Shown piece after piece: positions 1 through 7,984 of a stretch of DNA of 8,912 nt. Made by a program: the position numbers and the translations under genes. This stretch comes from Naegleria gruberi (Eukaryota): NCBI GenBank assembly GCA_000004985.1, contig GG739052.1. The stretch is one strand, 5' to 3'. The stretch's first letter is position 1; every line of letters starts with the position of its first letter. Under the pieces are notes generated by a model. It made no database searches, was not told the DNA's origin, and saw nothing but the letters and a program-made list of their open reading frames with translations.

Positions 1-765
1 TCATCTCAATGGACACAGAACTGGACTGATGCAAATGATTATTATCATGAGATTGCAAAGAACTCGTCGAAGTATTCAAATCAGTAGGCAAATGATGAGA
101 ACATTGGCATAAAGTGAATAATCACAATTATTTGGATCAATTTTGTGAAGTTCTTCAATGACATTTTGGATGGTTGACTTTTCATGGAGTGAATTCGAAG
201 GAGTGGAAAGAGAAGGATGTTCTGTGATATTCTCTTGTTGCTGCATTTTGGGAGGTGATTGAGTTGGATTGTTTTTTTGAGTTTGGATATTCAATAGTAT
301 GGAGGGTTATTAATATCACAACAGTTTCGAATAGCTTGTGTGTGATAAGAAGATGAAGATTAAATGTACGCGCTGTTGGGTTAATGTAATAGAGCATGTA
401 AGAGATTGAGAAAAGGAGTCCTTCATCTTATTTACAATTAGTTTCGTACTTCTAACAACTTGATTGGAAACTGGTTGGAAAATTCCCAAATTAAAACATT
501 CAGCTTTGTTAAATATCAAACATAAAAGTCATTTGTAAAGTACGTCCACTCTTTCGCGCACTAAATTTTTGACTCATGTGAAAAATCGATTGGTAAATTG
601 TTACGTTCTTGCATGAAGCGGTATTTTAAAATTAAGATCCTCATGTGGTAAAGTAAATGAGAATTTGTTGATTTGGAGACATTTTAGGAAGATGACAGTT
701 CTCCCATAACGAAGAAGCGTACTGATTGAAATTGTTCTTTGGTTTCGAATAATGTTAATATTATT

Positions 766-803
766 ACTGTAGTTTAATGTGAAAACTGTAGTTTCTGTGA
801 AAT
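766..803. repeat. Short imperfect tandem duplication (~19 bp x2): actgtagtttaatgtgaaa / actgtagtttc-tgtgaaa
   Basis: Direct reading of 766-803. Non-coding region. Confidence 0.4.
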
Positions 804-1009
804 TTTTCCGCCACCAACACGTACTGCAACAAAGTTACATAGAATCATGGGACGAAAGAGATTAATCTCCACTGTATTCTAAGTAATATTTTTTAATGAT
901 TCGAATAGTTTCTTTTTCAAGAATTAATATCCAAATTACTTGCCGATTTTAGAAAGTCGACATTCGGCGAAAGAGAGATTGAGCCGAATAACAAAACTTT
1001 CCATAATTT

Positions 1010-1723
1010 TCACTGCATGACCAATTTATTTGATATTGGAAACTGAAATTGACGCAGACGAAACATTTCTTCACTCGCATTACATTGTTTCATGTGAATG
1101 TATTCGTCTAATTTTCTTCTCTTGAGGTAATTGTCATCTACAGTGAACCCATTCGAAACTGTAGATTGATGGTTTGTTGATTCGTCTAGTTTCGAATCAA
1201 TTTCTTCTGATTTCGAAGGTAATGGAATTTGTACAGTTGGTAGATTGTTATTTACATTAATTGGAGGGAGAGTGAGTTCGATATTTGGTACTTCCACCAC
1301 AACAGATGGAATTTCATTCATATCAATTGGCGGGAGTTGAATTTTCTTTTGGTTTCGTTTGTTTTCTTGTTCGAAAGGACACTTATCAGTATTTTCTTTC
1401 ATGGTTGACCTAGGTGATGATGAGAATTTGTATCTTCTGATTGGTTGTTGAGCTGGTGGAGCCGAATCATTTTGTACGAAACTTGCTTTGAGGGGAAATG
1501 GATTTTGAATTGGTTGGAGGAGAACCTTGTTACTAGGAGAAGGTGGAGAAAGATGTTTTAGAGAGGAAATGGGAGATTGAGTTTCGAATAGTGGTGTCTT
1601 GGGAGGTAATTCTTGAAACGAAACTCTTGAAATTGAATTCACCCCAGTTGATTCTTCTTGATCATTATTCATCATTTCAGGAATCTCAACAAGAGAATCA
1701 TAATACGATACAGCAGAACCCAT
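1010..1723 (-). CDS. Hypothetical Pro/Ser-rich low-complexity protein (237 aa), intronless ORF; N-terminus MGSAVSY fits the N-myristoylation consensus (Gly2, Ser6)
   Basis: Uninterrupted ATG-initiated ORF. The start codon is a true ATG (plus 1721-1723 = cat) in an A-rich context (aagaataagaATGg). The protein is rich in P/S/N/Q, has repeated LPPI(D/N)xN and SPPSPS motifs, and a KRRK basic cluster. No recognisable catalytic domain. Length and composition bias argue against a chance ORF in 33% GC DNA. Confidence 0.45.
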   Translation of the reverse strand: MGSAVSYYDSLVEIPEMMNNDQEESTGVNSISRVSFQELPPKTPLFETQSPISSLKHLSPPSPSNKVLLQPIQNPFPLKASFVQNDSAPPAQQPIRRYKFSSSPRSTMKENTDKCPFEQENKRNQKKIQLPPIDMNEIPSVVVEVPNIELTLPPINVNNNLPTVQIPLPSKSEEIDSKLDESTNHQSTVSNGFTVDDNYLKRRKLDEYIHMKQCNASEEMFRLRQFQFPISNKLVMQ

Positions 1724-1778
1724 TCTTATTCTTCTTCTTAATATTCTAAACTAATCTTTCTATATTTAGTTGACTATC

Positions 1779-1834
1779 TTTATTCTCACTGTGTTGAATT
1801 CACTCACAAACACCTCAATTCTTGTCGTTTTATT
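1779..1834 (-). promoter_or_regulatory. Two minus-strand AATAAA hexamers (1784..1779 and 1834..1829): candidate poly(A) signals for the GS-like gene, located 56-110 nt upstream of the next gene's ATG
   Basis: Plus-strand TTTATT occurs at 1779-1784 and 1829-1834. No other exact TTTATT lies between the GS stop (2213) and these sites. The AT-rich background makes chance occurrence plausible. Confidence 0.25.
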
Positions 1835-2212
1835 TTTTTTTGATTGTTGGTTTTAAAAACGCGCTCGAAATCTTAAGTAGGGTTTTGCTTGGTATTCGCG
1901 AGAGAGAACAGCAGAACTTTAAATTCCTATTAAGGCGAGTTGCAAATATTCACTTTGGCGGGAGATATGAATCCATACTATTAAAATTACAAGTTTGGAA
2001 AGAGATAGTAGTGAGAGATAATTTTAGATGATGAGACATTATTCCACATCAATTGTATTATTCCTAGTTGGGATTATTTAAATTGCAAAGTTGTAAATCG
2101 ATAAATCTTATATAGGAAGATTGAACATGATAATTGACAATTTAAGAGTGATATTCAATCTCTCGGATCCATGAAACTGCAACTTTTAAGATCTGCAACT
2201 GTAACACTCAGT

Positions 2213-2458
2213 TTACATGAAATTCGAATATCTTTCAAATTCCCAATCAGTCACACAATGATGCACATATTTATCCCATTCAGCTCTCTTAGCCATCTTG
2301 AACATGTTGAAATTATGCTCCAGGAAAACTTCCTTCATGAGTGGATCCTTTTCAAATTCCTTAATGGCTTCCAATAAATTTTCAGGTAACAGTTCGAGAC
2401 CTTCCTTCTTCAATTCCTCATCCGAATAGTCAAAGACATTGTCTGTTCTGGCAGGTGG
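2213..2458 (-). CDS. 3'-terminal fragment (81 codons + TAA) of a glutamine synthetase family protein (GS type I-like / lengsin-like catalytic domain C-terminus); upstream portion lost in the assembly gap
   Basis: Translation ...PPARTDNVFDYSDEELKKEGLELLPENLLEAIKEFEKDPLMKEVFLEHNFNMFKMAKRAEWDKYVHHCVTDWEFERYSNFM*. It aligns by eye to the conserved C-terminus of bacterial GlnA-type GS (LPxSLxEAL..LExD......F.......K.E.D.V....P.EFELYY; here LPENLLEAI..FEKD...F...F..K.AEWDKY...VTDWEFERY). It does not resemble the type II GS C-terminus. The ORF runs straight into the N block. Confidence 0.65.
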   Translation of the reverse strand, partial: PPARTDNVFDYSDEELKKEGLELLPENLLEAIKEFEKDPLMKEVFLEHNFNMFKMAKRAEWDKYVHHCVTDWEFERYSNFM

Positions 2459-5400
2459 NNNNNNNNNNNNNNNNNNNNNNNNNNNNNNNNNNNNNNNNNN
2501 NNNNNNNNNNNNNNNNNNNNNNNNNNNNNNNNNNNNNNNNNNNNNNNNNNNNNNNNNNNNNNNNNNNNNNNNNNNNNNNNNNNNNNNNNNNNNNNNNNNN
2601 NNNNNNNNNNNNNNNNNNNNNNNNNNNNNNNNNNNNNNNNNNNNNNNNNNNNNNNNNNNNNNNNNNNNNNNNNNNNNNNNNNNNNNNNNNNNNNNNNNNN
2701 NNNNNNNNNNNNNNNNNNNNNNNNNNNNNNNNNNNNNNNNNNNNNNNNNNNNNNNNNNNNNNNNNNNNNNNNNNNNNNNNNNNNNNNNNNNNNNNNNNNN
2801 NNNNNNNNNNNNNNNNNNNNNNNNNNNNNNNNNNNNNNNNNNNNNNNNNNNNNNNNNNNNNNNNNNNNNNNNNNNNNNNNNNNNNNNNNNNNNNNNNNNN
2901 NNNNNNNNNNNNNNNNNNNNNNNNNNNNNNNNNNNNNNNNNNNNNNNNNNNNNNNNNNNNNNNNNNNNNNNNNNNNNNNNNNNNNNNNNNNNNNNNNNNN
3001 NNNNNNNNNNNNNNNNNNNNNNNNNNNNNNNNNNNNNNNNNNNNNNNNNNNNNNNNNNNNNNNNNNNNNNNNNNNNNNNNNNNNNNNNNNNNNNNNNNNN
3101 NNNNNNNNNNNNNNNNNNNNNNNNNNNNNNNNNNNNNNNNNNNNNNNNNNNNNNNNNNNNNNNNNNNNNNNNNNNNNNNNNNNNNNNNNNNNNNNNNNNN
3201 NNNNNNNNNNNNNNNNNNNNNNNNNNNNNNNNNNNNNNNNNNNNNNNNNNNNNNNNNNNNNNNNNNNNNNNNNNNNNNNNNNNNNNNNNNNNNNNNNNNN
3301 NNNNNNNNNNNNNNNNNNNNNNNNNNNNNNNNNNNNNNNNNNNNNNNNNNNNNNNNNNNNNNNNNNNNNNNNNNNNNNNNNNNNNNNNNNNNNNNNNNNN
3401 NNNNNNNNNNNNNNNNNNNNNNNNNNNNNNNNNNNNNNNNNNNNNNNNNNNNNNNNNNNNNNNNNNNNNNNNNNNNNNNNNNNNNNNNNNNNNNNNNNNN
3501 NNNNNNNNNNNNNNNNNNNNNNNNNNNNNNNNNNNNNNNNNNNNNNNNNNNNNNNNNNNNNNNNNNNNNNNNNNNNNNNNNNNNNNNNNNNNNNNNNNNN
3601 NNNNNNNNNNNNNNNNNNNNNNNNNNNNNNNNNNNNNNNNNNNNNNNNNNNNNNNNNNNNNNNNNNNNNNNNNNNNNNNNNNNNNNNNNNNNNNNNNNNN
3701 NNNNNNNNNNNNNNNNNNNNNNNNNNNNNNNNNNNNNNNNNNNNNNNNNNNNNNNNNNNNNNNNNNNNNNNNNNNNNNNNNNNNNNNNNNNNNNNNNNNN
3801 NNNNNNNNNNNNNNNNNNNNNNNNNNNNNNNNNNNNNNNNNNNNNNNNNNNNNNNNNNNNNNNNNNNNNNNNNNNNNNNNNNNNNNNNNNNNNNNNNNNN
3901 NNNNNNNNNNNNNNNNNNNNNNNNNNNNNNNNNNNNNNNNNNNNNNNNNNNNNNNNNNNNNNNNNNNNNNNNNNNNNNNNNNNNNNNNNNNNNNNNNNNN
4001 NNNNNNNNNNNNNNNNNNNNNNNNNNNNNNNNNNNNNNNNNNNNNNNNNNNNNNNNNNNNNNNNNNNNNNNNNNNNNNNNNNNNNNNNNNNNNNNNNNNN
4101 NNNNNNNNNNNNNNNNNNNNNNNNNNNNNNNNNNNNNNNNNNNNNNNNNNNNNNNNNNNNNNNNNNNNNNNNNNNNNNNNNNNNNNNNNNNNNNNNNNNN
4201 NNNNNNNNNNNNNNNNNNNNNNNNNNNNNNNNNNNNNNNNNNNNNNNNNNNNNNNNNNNNNNNNNNNNNNNNNNNNNNNNNNNNNNNNNNNNNNNNNNNN
4301 NNNNNNNNNNNNNNNNNNNNNNNNNNNNNNNNNNNNNNNNNNNNNNNNNNNNNNNNNNNNNNNNNNNNNNNNNNNNNNNNNNNNNNNNNNNNNNNNNNNN
4401 NNNNNNNNNNNNNNNNNNNNNNNNNNNNNNNNNNNNNNNNNNNNNNNNNNNNNNNNNNNNNNNNNNNNNNNNNNNNNNNNNNNNNNNNNNNNNNNNNNNN
4501 NNNNNNNNNNNNNNNNNNNNNNNNNNNNNNNNNNNNNNNNNNNNNNNNNNNNNNNNNNNNNNNNNNNNNNNNNNNNNNNNNNNNNNNNNNNNNNNNNNNN
4601 NNNNNNNNNNNNNNNNNNNNNNNNNNNNNNNNNNNNNNNNNNNNNNNNNNNNNNNNNNNNNNNNNNNNNNNNNNNNNNNNNNNNNNNNNNNNNNNNNNNN
4701 NNNNNNNNNNNNNNNNNNNNNNNNNNNNNNNNNNNNNNNNNNNNNNNNNNNNNNNNNNNNNNNNNNNNNNNNNNNNNNNNNNNNNNNNNNNNNNNNNNNN
4801 NNNNNNNNNNNNNNNNNNNNNNNNNNNNNNNNNNNNNNNNNNNNNNNNNNNNNNNNNNNNNNNNNNNNNNNNNNNNNNNNNNNNNNNNNNNNNNNNNNNN
4901 NNNNNNNNNNNNNNNNNNNNNNNNNNNNNNNNNNNNNNNNNNNNNNNNNNNNNNNNNNNNNNNNNNNNNNNNNNNNNNNNNNNNNNNNNNNNNNNNNNNN
5001 NNNNNNNNNNNNNNNNNNNNNNNNNNNNNNNNNNNNNNNNNNNNNNNNNNNNNNNNNNNNNNNNNNNNNNNNNNNNNNNNNNNNNNNNNNNNNNNNNNNN
5101 NNNNNNNNNNNNNNNNNNNNNNNNNNNNNNNNNNNNNNNNNNNNNNNNNNNNNNNNNNNNNNNNNNNNNNNNNNNNNNNNNNNNNNNNNNNNNNNNNNNN
5201 NNNNNNNNNNNNNNNNNNNNNNNNNNNNNNNNNNNNNNNNNNNNNNNNNNNNNNNNNNNNNNNNNNNNNNNNNNNNNNNNNNNNNNNNNNNNNNNNNNNN
5301 NNNNNNNNNNNNNNNNNNNNNNNNNNNNNNNNNNNNNNNNNNNNNNNNNNNNNNNNNNNNNNNNNNNNNNNNNNNNNNNNNNNNNNNNNNNNNNNNNNNN

Positions 5401-6673
5401 NNNNNNNNNNNNNNNNNNNNNNNNNNNNNNNNNNNNNNNNNNNNNNNNNNNNNNNNNNNNNNNNNNNNNNNNNNNNNNNNNNNNNNNNNNNNNNNNNNNN
5501 NNNNNNNNNNNNNNNNNNNNNNNNNNNNNNNNNNNNNNNNNNNNNNNNNNNNNNNNNNNNNNNNNNNNNNNNNNNNNNNNNNNNNNNNNNNNNNNNNNNN
5601 NNNNNNNNNNNNNNNNNNNNNNNNNNNNNNNNNNNNNNNNNNNNNNNNNNNNNNNNNNNNNNNNNNNNNNNNNNNNNNNNNNNNNNNNNNNNNNNNNNNN
5701 NNNNNNNNNNNNNNNNNNNNNNNNNNNNNNNNNNNNNNNNNNNNNNNNNNNNNNNNNNNNNNNNNNNNNNNNNNNNNNNNNNNNNNNNNNNNNNNNNNNN
5801 NNNNNNNNNNNNNNNNNNNNNNNNNNNNNNNNNNNNNNNNNNNNNNNNNNNNNNNNNNNNNNNNNNNNNNNNNNNNNNNNNNNNNNNNNNNNNNNNNNNN
5901 NNNNNNNNNNNNNNNNNNNNNNNNNNNNNNNNNNNNNNNNNNNNNNNNNNNNNNNNNNNNNNNNNNNNNNNNNNNNNNNNNNNNNNNNNNNNNNNNNNNN
6001 NNNNNNNNNNNNNNNNNNNNNNNNNNNNNNNNNNNNNNNNNNNNNNNNNNNNNNNNNNNNNNNNNNNNNNNNNNNNNNNNNNNNNNNNNNNNNNNNNNNN
6101 NNNNNNNNNNNNNNNNNNNNNNNNNNNNNNNNNNNNNNNNNNNNNNNNNNNNNNNNNNNNNNNNNNNNNNNNNNNNNNNNNNNNNNNNNNNNNNNNNNNN
6201 NNNNNNNNNNNNNNNNNNNNNNNNNNNNNNNNNNNNNNNNNNNNNNNNNNNNNNNNNNNNNNNNNNNNNNNNNNNNNNNNNNNNNNNNNNNNNNNNNNNN
6301 NNNNNNNNNNNNNNNNNNNNNNNNNNNNNNNNNNNNNNNNNNNNNNNNNNNNNNNNNNNNNNNNNNNNNNNNNNNNNNNNNNNNNNNNNNNNNNNNNNNN
6401 NNNNNNNNNNNNNNNNNNNNNNNNNNNNNNNNNNNNNNNNNNNNNNNNNNNNNNNNNNNNNNNNNNNNNNNNNNNNNNNNNNNNNNNNNNNNNNNNNNNN
6501 NNNNNNNNNNNNNNNNNNNNNNNNNNNNNNNNNNNNNNNNNNNNNNNNNNNNNNNNNNNNNNNNNNNNNNNNNNNNNNNNNNNNNNNNNNNNNNNNNNNN
6601 NNNNNNNNNNNNNNNNNNNNNNNNNNNNNNNNNNNNNNNNNNNNNNNNNNNNNNNNNNNNNNNNNNNNNNNNN
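2459..6673. other. Assembly/scaffold gap: 4215 consecutive N
   Basis: Direct observation. The X-filled ORFs spanning it are meaningless. Confidence 0.99.
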
Positions 6674-6888
6674 GTGCAAATATATCACTTGCAAAAGAGA
6701 ACGGATTCTCTTTTTTTTCAATAGAAGCTTGTATCACTTCAGGAGCAATAAAATTGACAGTTCCAGAAATGCCTGTACTTGTGAAAGTATCCAAGTTTCT
6801 GGCCAATCCAAAATCCGAAAGAACTACACTCACTTCTTCTCTCTCCAAATCCAAATCTCTTATCAAAATATTATCTGGTTTGATGTCT
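6674..6888 (-). CDS. Ser/Thr protein kinase, internal exon (catalytic loop to subdomain IX), continues 3'-ward into the gap
   Basis: The minus-strand translation starts immediately after a CTCTAG acceptor: (R)DIKPDNILIRDLDLEREEVSVVLSDFGLARNLDTFTSTGISGTVNFIAPEVIQASIEKKENPFSFASDIFA... This carries the catalytic-loop DIKPDN, DFG, APE and the subdomain IX D-I-F-A motif. The frame is still open at the gap edge. Confidence 0.75.
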
Positions 6889-6931
6889 CTAGAGATAAAT
6901 AGAAAAATAATTGCATAATTTAATTACTTAC
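6889..6931 (-). other. 43-nt spliceosomal intron (minus strand GTAAGTAATT...TTTATCTCTAG), phase 2
   Basis: Minus-strand sequence ...CTTATTCACAG|GTAAGT....CTCTAG|AGACATCAAACCAGATAAT. Splicing joins LIH-R to DIKPDN and recreates the invariant HRD(I)KPDN catalytic loop. Reading through the intron instead gives an immediate in-frame TAA. Confidence 0.7.
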
Positions 6932-7317
6932 CTGTGAATTAAATTGCAAACTTTCAAAATTTCCAAAGCACTACACATTTGTACTAGAATAGTCTGCATA
7001 ATCTTTTCAGAAAATGGCTTTTCTGTCGTCATTACATTTTTCAAGCTCATCTTCATCAACTCCATTTCTATCCCTACAATACCATCTCCAATCATGAATA
7101 AATCACAAGTTTTAATAATATTGCAGTGAGTAATCTGACGCATCTTTTGATACTCTCGAACGGAAATCATAACTTCCGATGTTTGCTTACCCAATTTTAG
7201 AGCCAACTTTTCATAATTCTTGGTAGTCACTTTATAAACAGTGCCAAAACCTCCCGTAGCAATAAATTCCTTGGATATGTATCGATCTTCAAAGGCTTGT
7301 CGATCGTTATCATACGT
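6932..7317 (-). CDS. Ser/Thr protein kinase, N-lobe exon (Gly-rich loop, beta3 Lys, alphaC, hinge, up to H-R of HRD); 5' boundary unresolved
   Basis: Translation ...FEDRYISKEFIATGGFGTVYKVTTKNYEKLALKLGKQTSEVMISVREYQKMRQITHCNIIKTCDLFMIGDGIVGIEMELMKMSLKNVMTTEKPFSEKIMQTILVQMCSALEILKVCNLIHR. This shows the GxGxxG loop, VAIK-type LALK and alphaC Glu. An in-frame TAA at 7318-7320 lies only 9 codons upstream of the Gly loop, so the true exon start is somewhere in 7293..7317 with no convincing acceptor. The coordinate 7317 is the maximal open frame, not a called splice site. Confidence 0.65.
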
Positions 7318-7546
7318 TTAACATTCGGGTATGAATTGAAATTCTTCATCCTCTTGATTAGTTACTTCAACGCAAGGCTGAACAAACGAGTCTTGATCAA
7401 ACCCATCATCCACTTGTCTATCATTTCGTGCTTCGTGAGTCAACATTTTTTATGTTTGATGAGGTTTAGCCATTCAATGTTGTCTGGTATTATTGTCAAT
7501 TATAAATAATTGTTCGGAATGGAAGATTGTACAAAGAATAACCAGA

Positions 7547-7921
7547 TTAAACCTTAGATTGACTAGTTTGAGTATCGGTAGTATAGGTATTAGTAGTATT
7601 AGTATTAGTTGTTGTTGTGTCTTGTTCGGATTGATTTCTATTGAAAAAATCAAAGGAAGGATGATATAAACACATGACCAAAATTGAAAAGATTAAAATT
7701 CCCAAACAATTCAAAAAATCATAAAACAATGATGAATAATTCCAAACAAAACTAACAGCACCCAATCCAACTGCAATAATTTGAAAAAATGTTGAAAATA
7801 TCAAAACTGAAAGCAAAATGATAATTTTCAAAATGGGTTGTTTCCATGAATAGGATTGAGATTGATCTTTGAATTGTTTTCTTGTCTTGTTCAGCAGTAT
7901 AATCACTCTTGAAAACACAAT
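7547..7921 (-). CDS. Seven-transmembrane receptor-like protein, exon 2 (ICL3, TM6, TM7, Thr/Asn-rich cytoplasmic tail ending -SKV) incl. TAA stop
   Basis: Translation IVFSRVIILLNKTRKQFKDQSQSYSWKQPILKIIILLSVLIFSTFFQIIAVGLGAVSFVWNYSSLFYDFLNCLGILIFSILVMCLYHPSFDFFNRNQSEQDTTTTNTNTTNTYTTDTQTSQSKV*. Two clear hydrophobic helices follow a basic loop. Stop TAA at 7547-7549. Confidence 0.5.
   Translation of the reverse strand: MVFSRVIILLNKTRKQFKDQSQSYSWKQPILKIIILLSVLIFSTFFQIIAVGLGAVSFVWNYSSLFYDFLNCLGILIFSILVMCLYHPSFDFFNRNQSEQDTTTTNTNTTNTYTTDTQTSQSKV
7581..7619 (-). repeat. Coding microsatellite-like tract (tattag / ttg repeats) encoding the Thr/Asn-rich receptor tail
   Basis: Plus strand gtataggtattagtagtattagtattagttgttgttgtg. 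On the minus strand this gives ACA/ACT/AAT codon runs (TTTTNTNTTNTYTT). Such tracts are slippage-prone. Confidence 0.5.
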
Positions 7922-7984
7922 CTATTCATCATTTCAAAATAATTTTAGCTATTAGAATTATGAGAATGTTAAATGAAAACTTAC
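7922..7984 (-). other. Putative 63-nt intron (GTAAGTTTTC...GATGAATAG), phase 0
   Basis: A consensus GTAAGT donor directly follows codon TCA. The only in-phase AG that joins the frame to the downstream TM6-TM7 ORF is the AG of TAG at 7922-7924. The acceptor is A/T-rich but not TTTCAG-like, so the exact 3' splice site is uncertain. The alternative acceptor TTTTCAAG at ~7907 is out of phase. Confidence 0.4.

Noticed and set aside
76-519. Minus-strand small ORFs at the left edge (76..294 with internal true ATG at 246 giving a Q-rich 56-aa peptide; 182..397; 316..519)
   Set aside because: They are short, overlapping, low-complexity and show no domain signal or convincing splice signals. They could be an exon of a gene extending beyond the window, but this cannot be supported.
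742-1198. GGTTTCGAAT / GTTTCGAATC resembling the tRNA T-arm and Pol III B-box (GGTTCGANTCC), suggesting tRNA genes or tRNA-derived SINEs
   Set aside because: There is an extra T relative to the B-box and no terminal CC. No A-box (TRGCNNAGTGG) lies 30-40 nt upstream, and no acceptor-stem complementarity is evident. The copies inside the CDS read as ordinary F-E codons.
1543-1749. Plus-strand ORFs overlapping the called genes (1543..1749, 6944..7129, 8049..8234, 8387..8611) and intergenic ones (1822..2031, 2171..2377, 7297..7509)
   Set aside because: These are antisense shadow ORFs of better-supported minus-strand CDSs or short chance ORFs. None has ATG context, motif content or length beyond expectation.
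2213-6918. Four ~1480-1500-aa ORFs in the track (2213..6721 -, 2430..6866 -, 2439..6902 +, 2455..6918 +) spanning the N block
   Set aside because: They exist only because N codons translate to X without stops. Only the short real-sequence ends are meaningful (the GS fragment and kinase exon on the minus strand). The plus-strand ends are antisense shadows.
7311-7313. ATG at 7313..7311 (minus) just upstream of the kinase Gly loop, as a possible kinase start
   Set aside because: It is out of frame with the kinase; it reads MITIDKPLKIDTYPRNLLLREVLALFIK* and terminates before the catalytic motifs.
7900-7921. TTTTCAAG acceptor (ends at ~7907, nematode-consensus-like) for the receptor intron
   Set aside because: It is phase-incompatible with the phase-0 GTAAGT donor: the resulting frame reads SDYTAEQDKK... 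and loses the TM6-TM7 ORF. The AG at 7922 is the only in-phase choice, though its signal is weaker.
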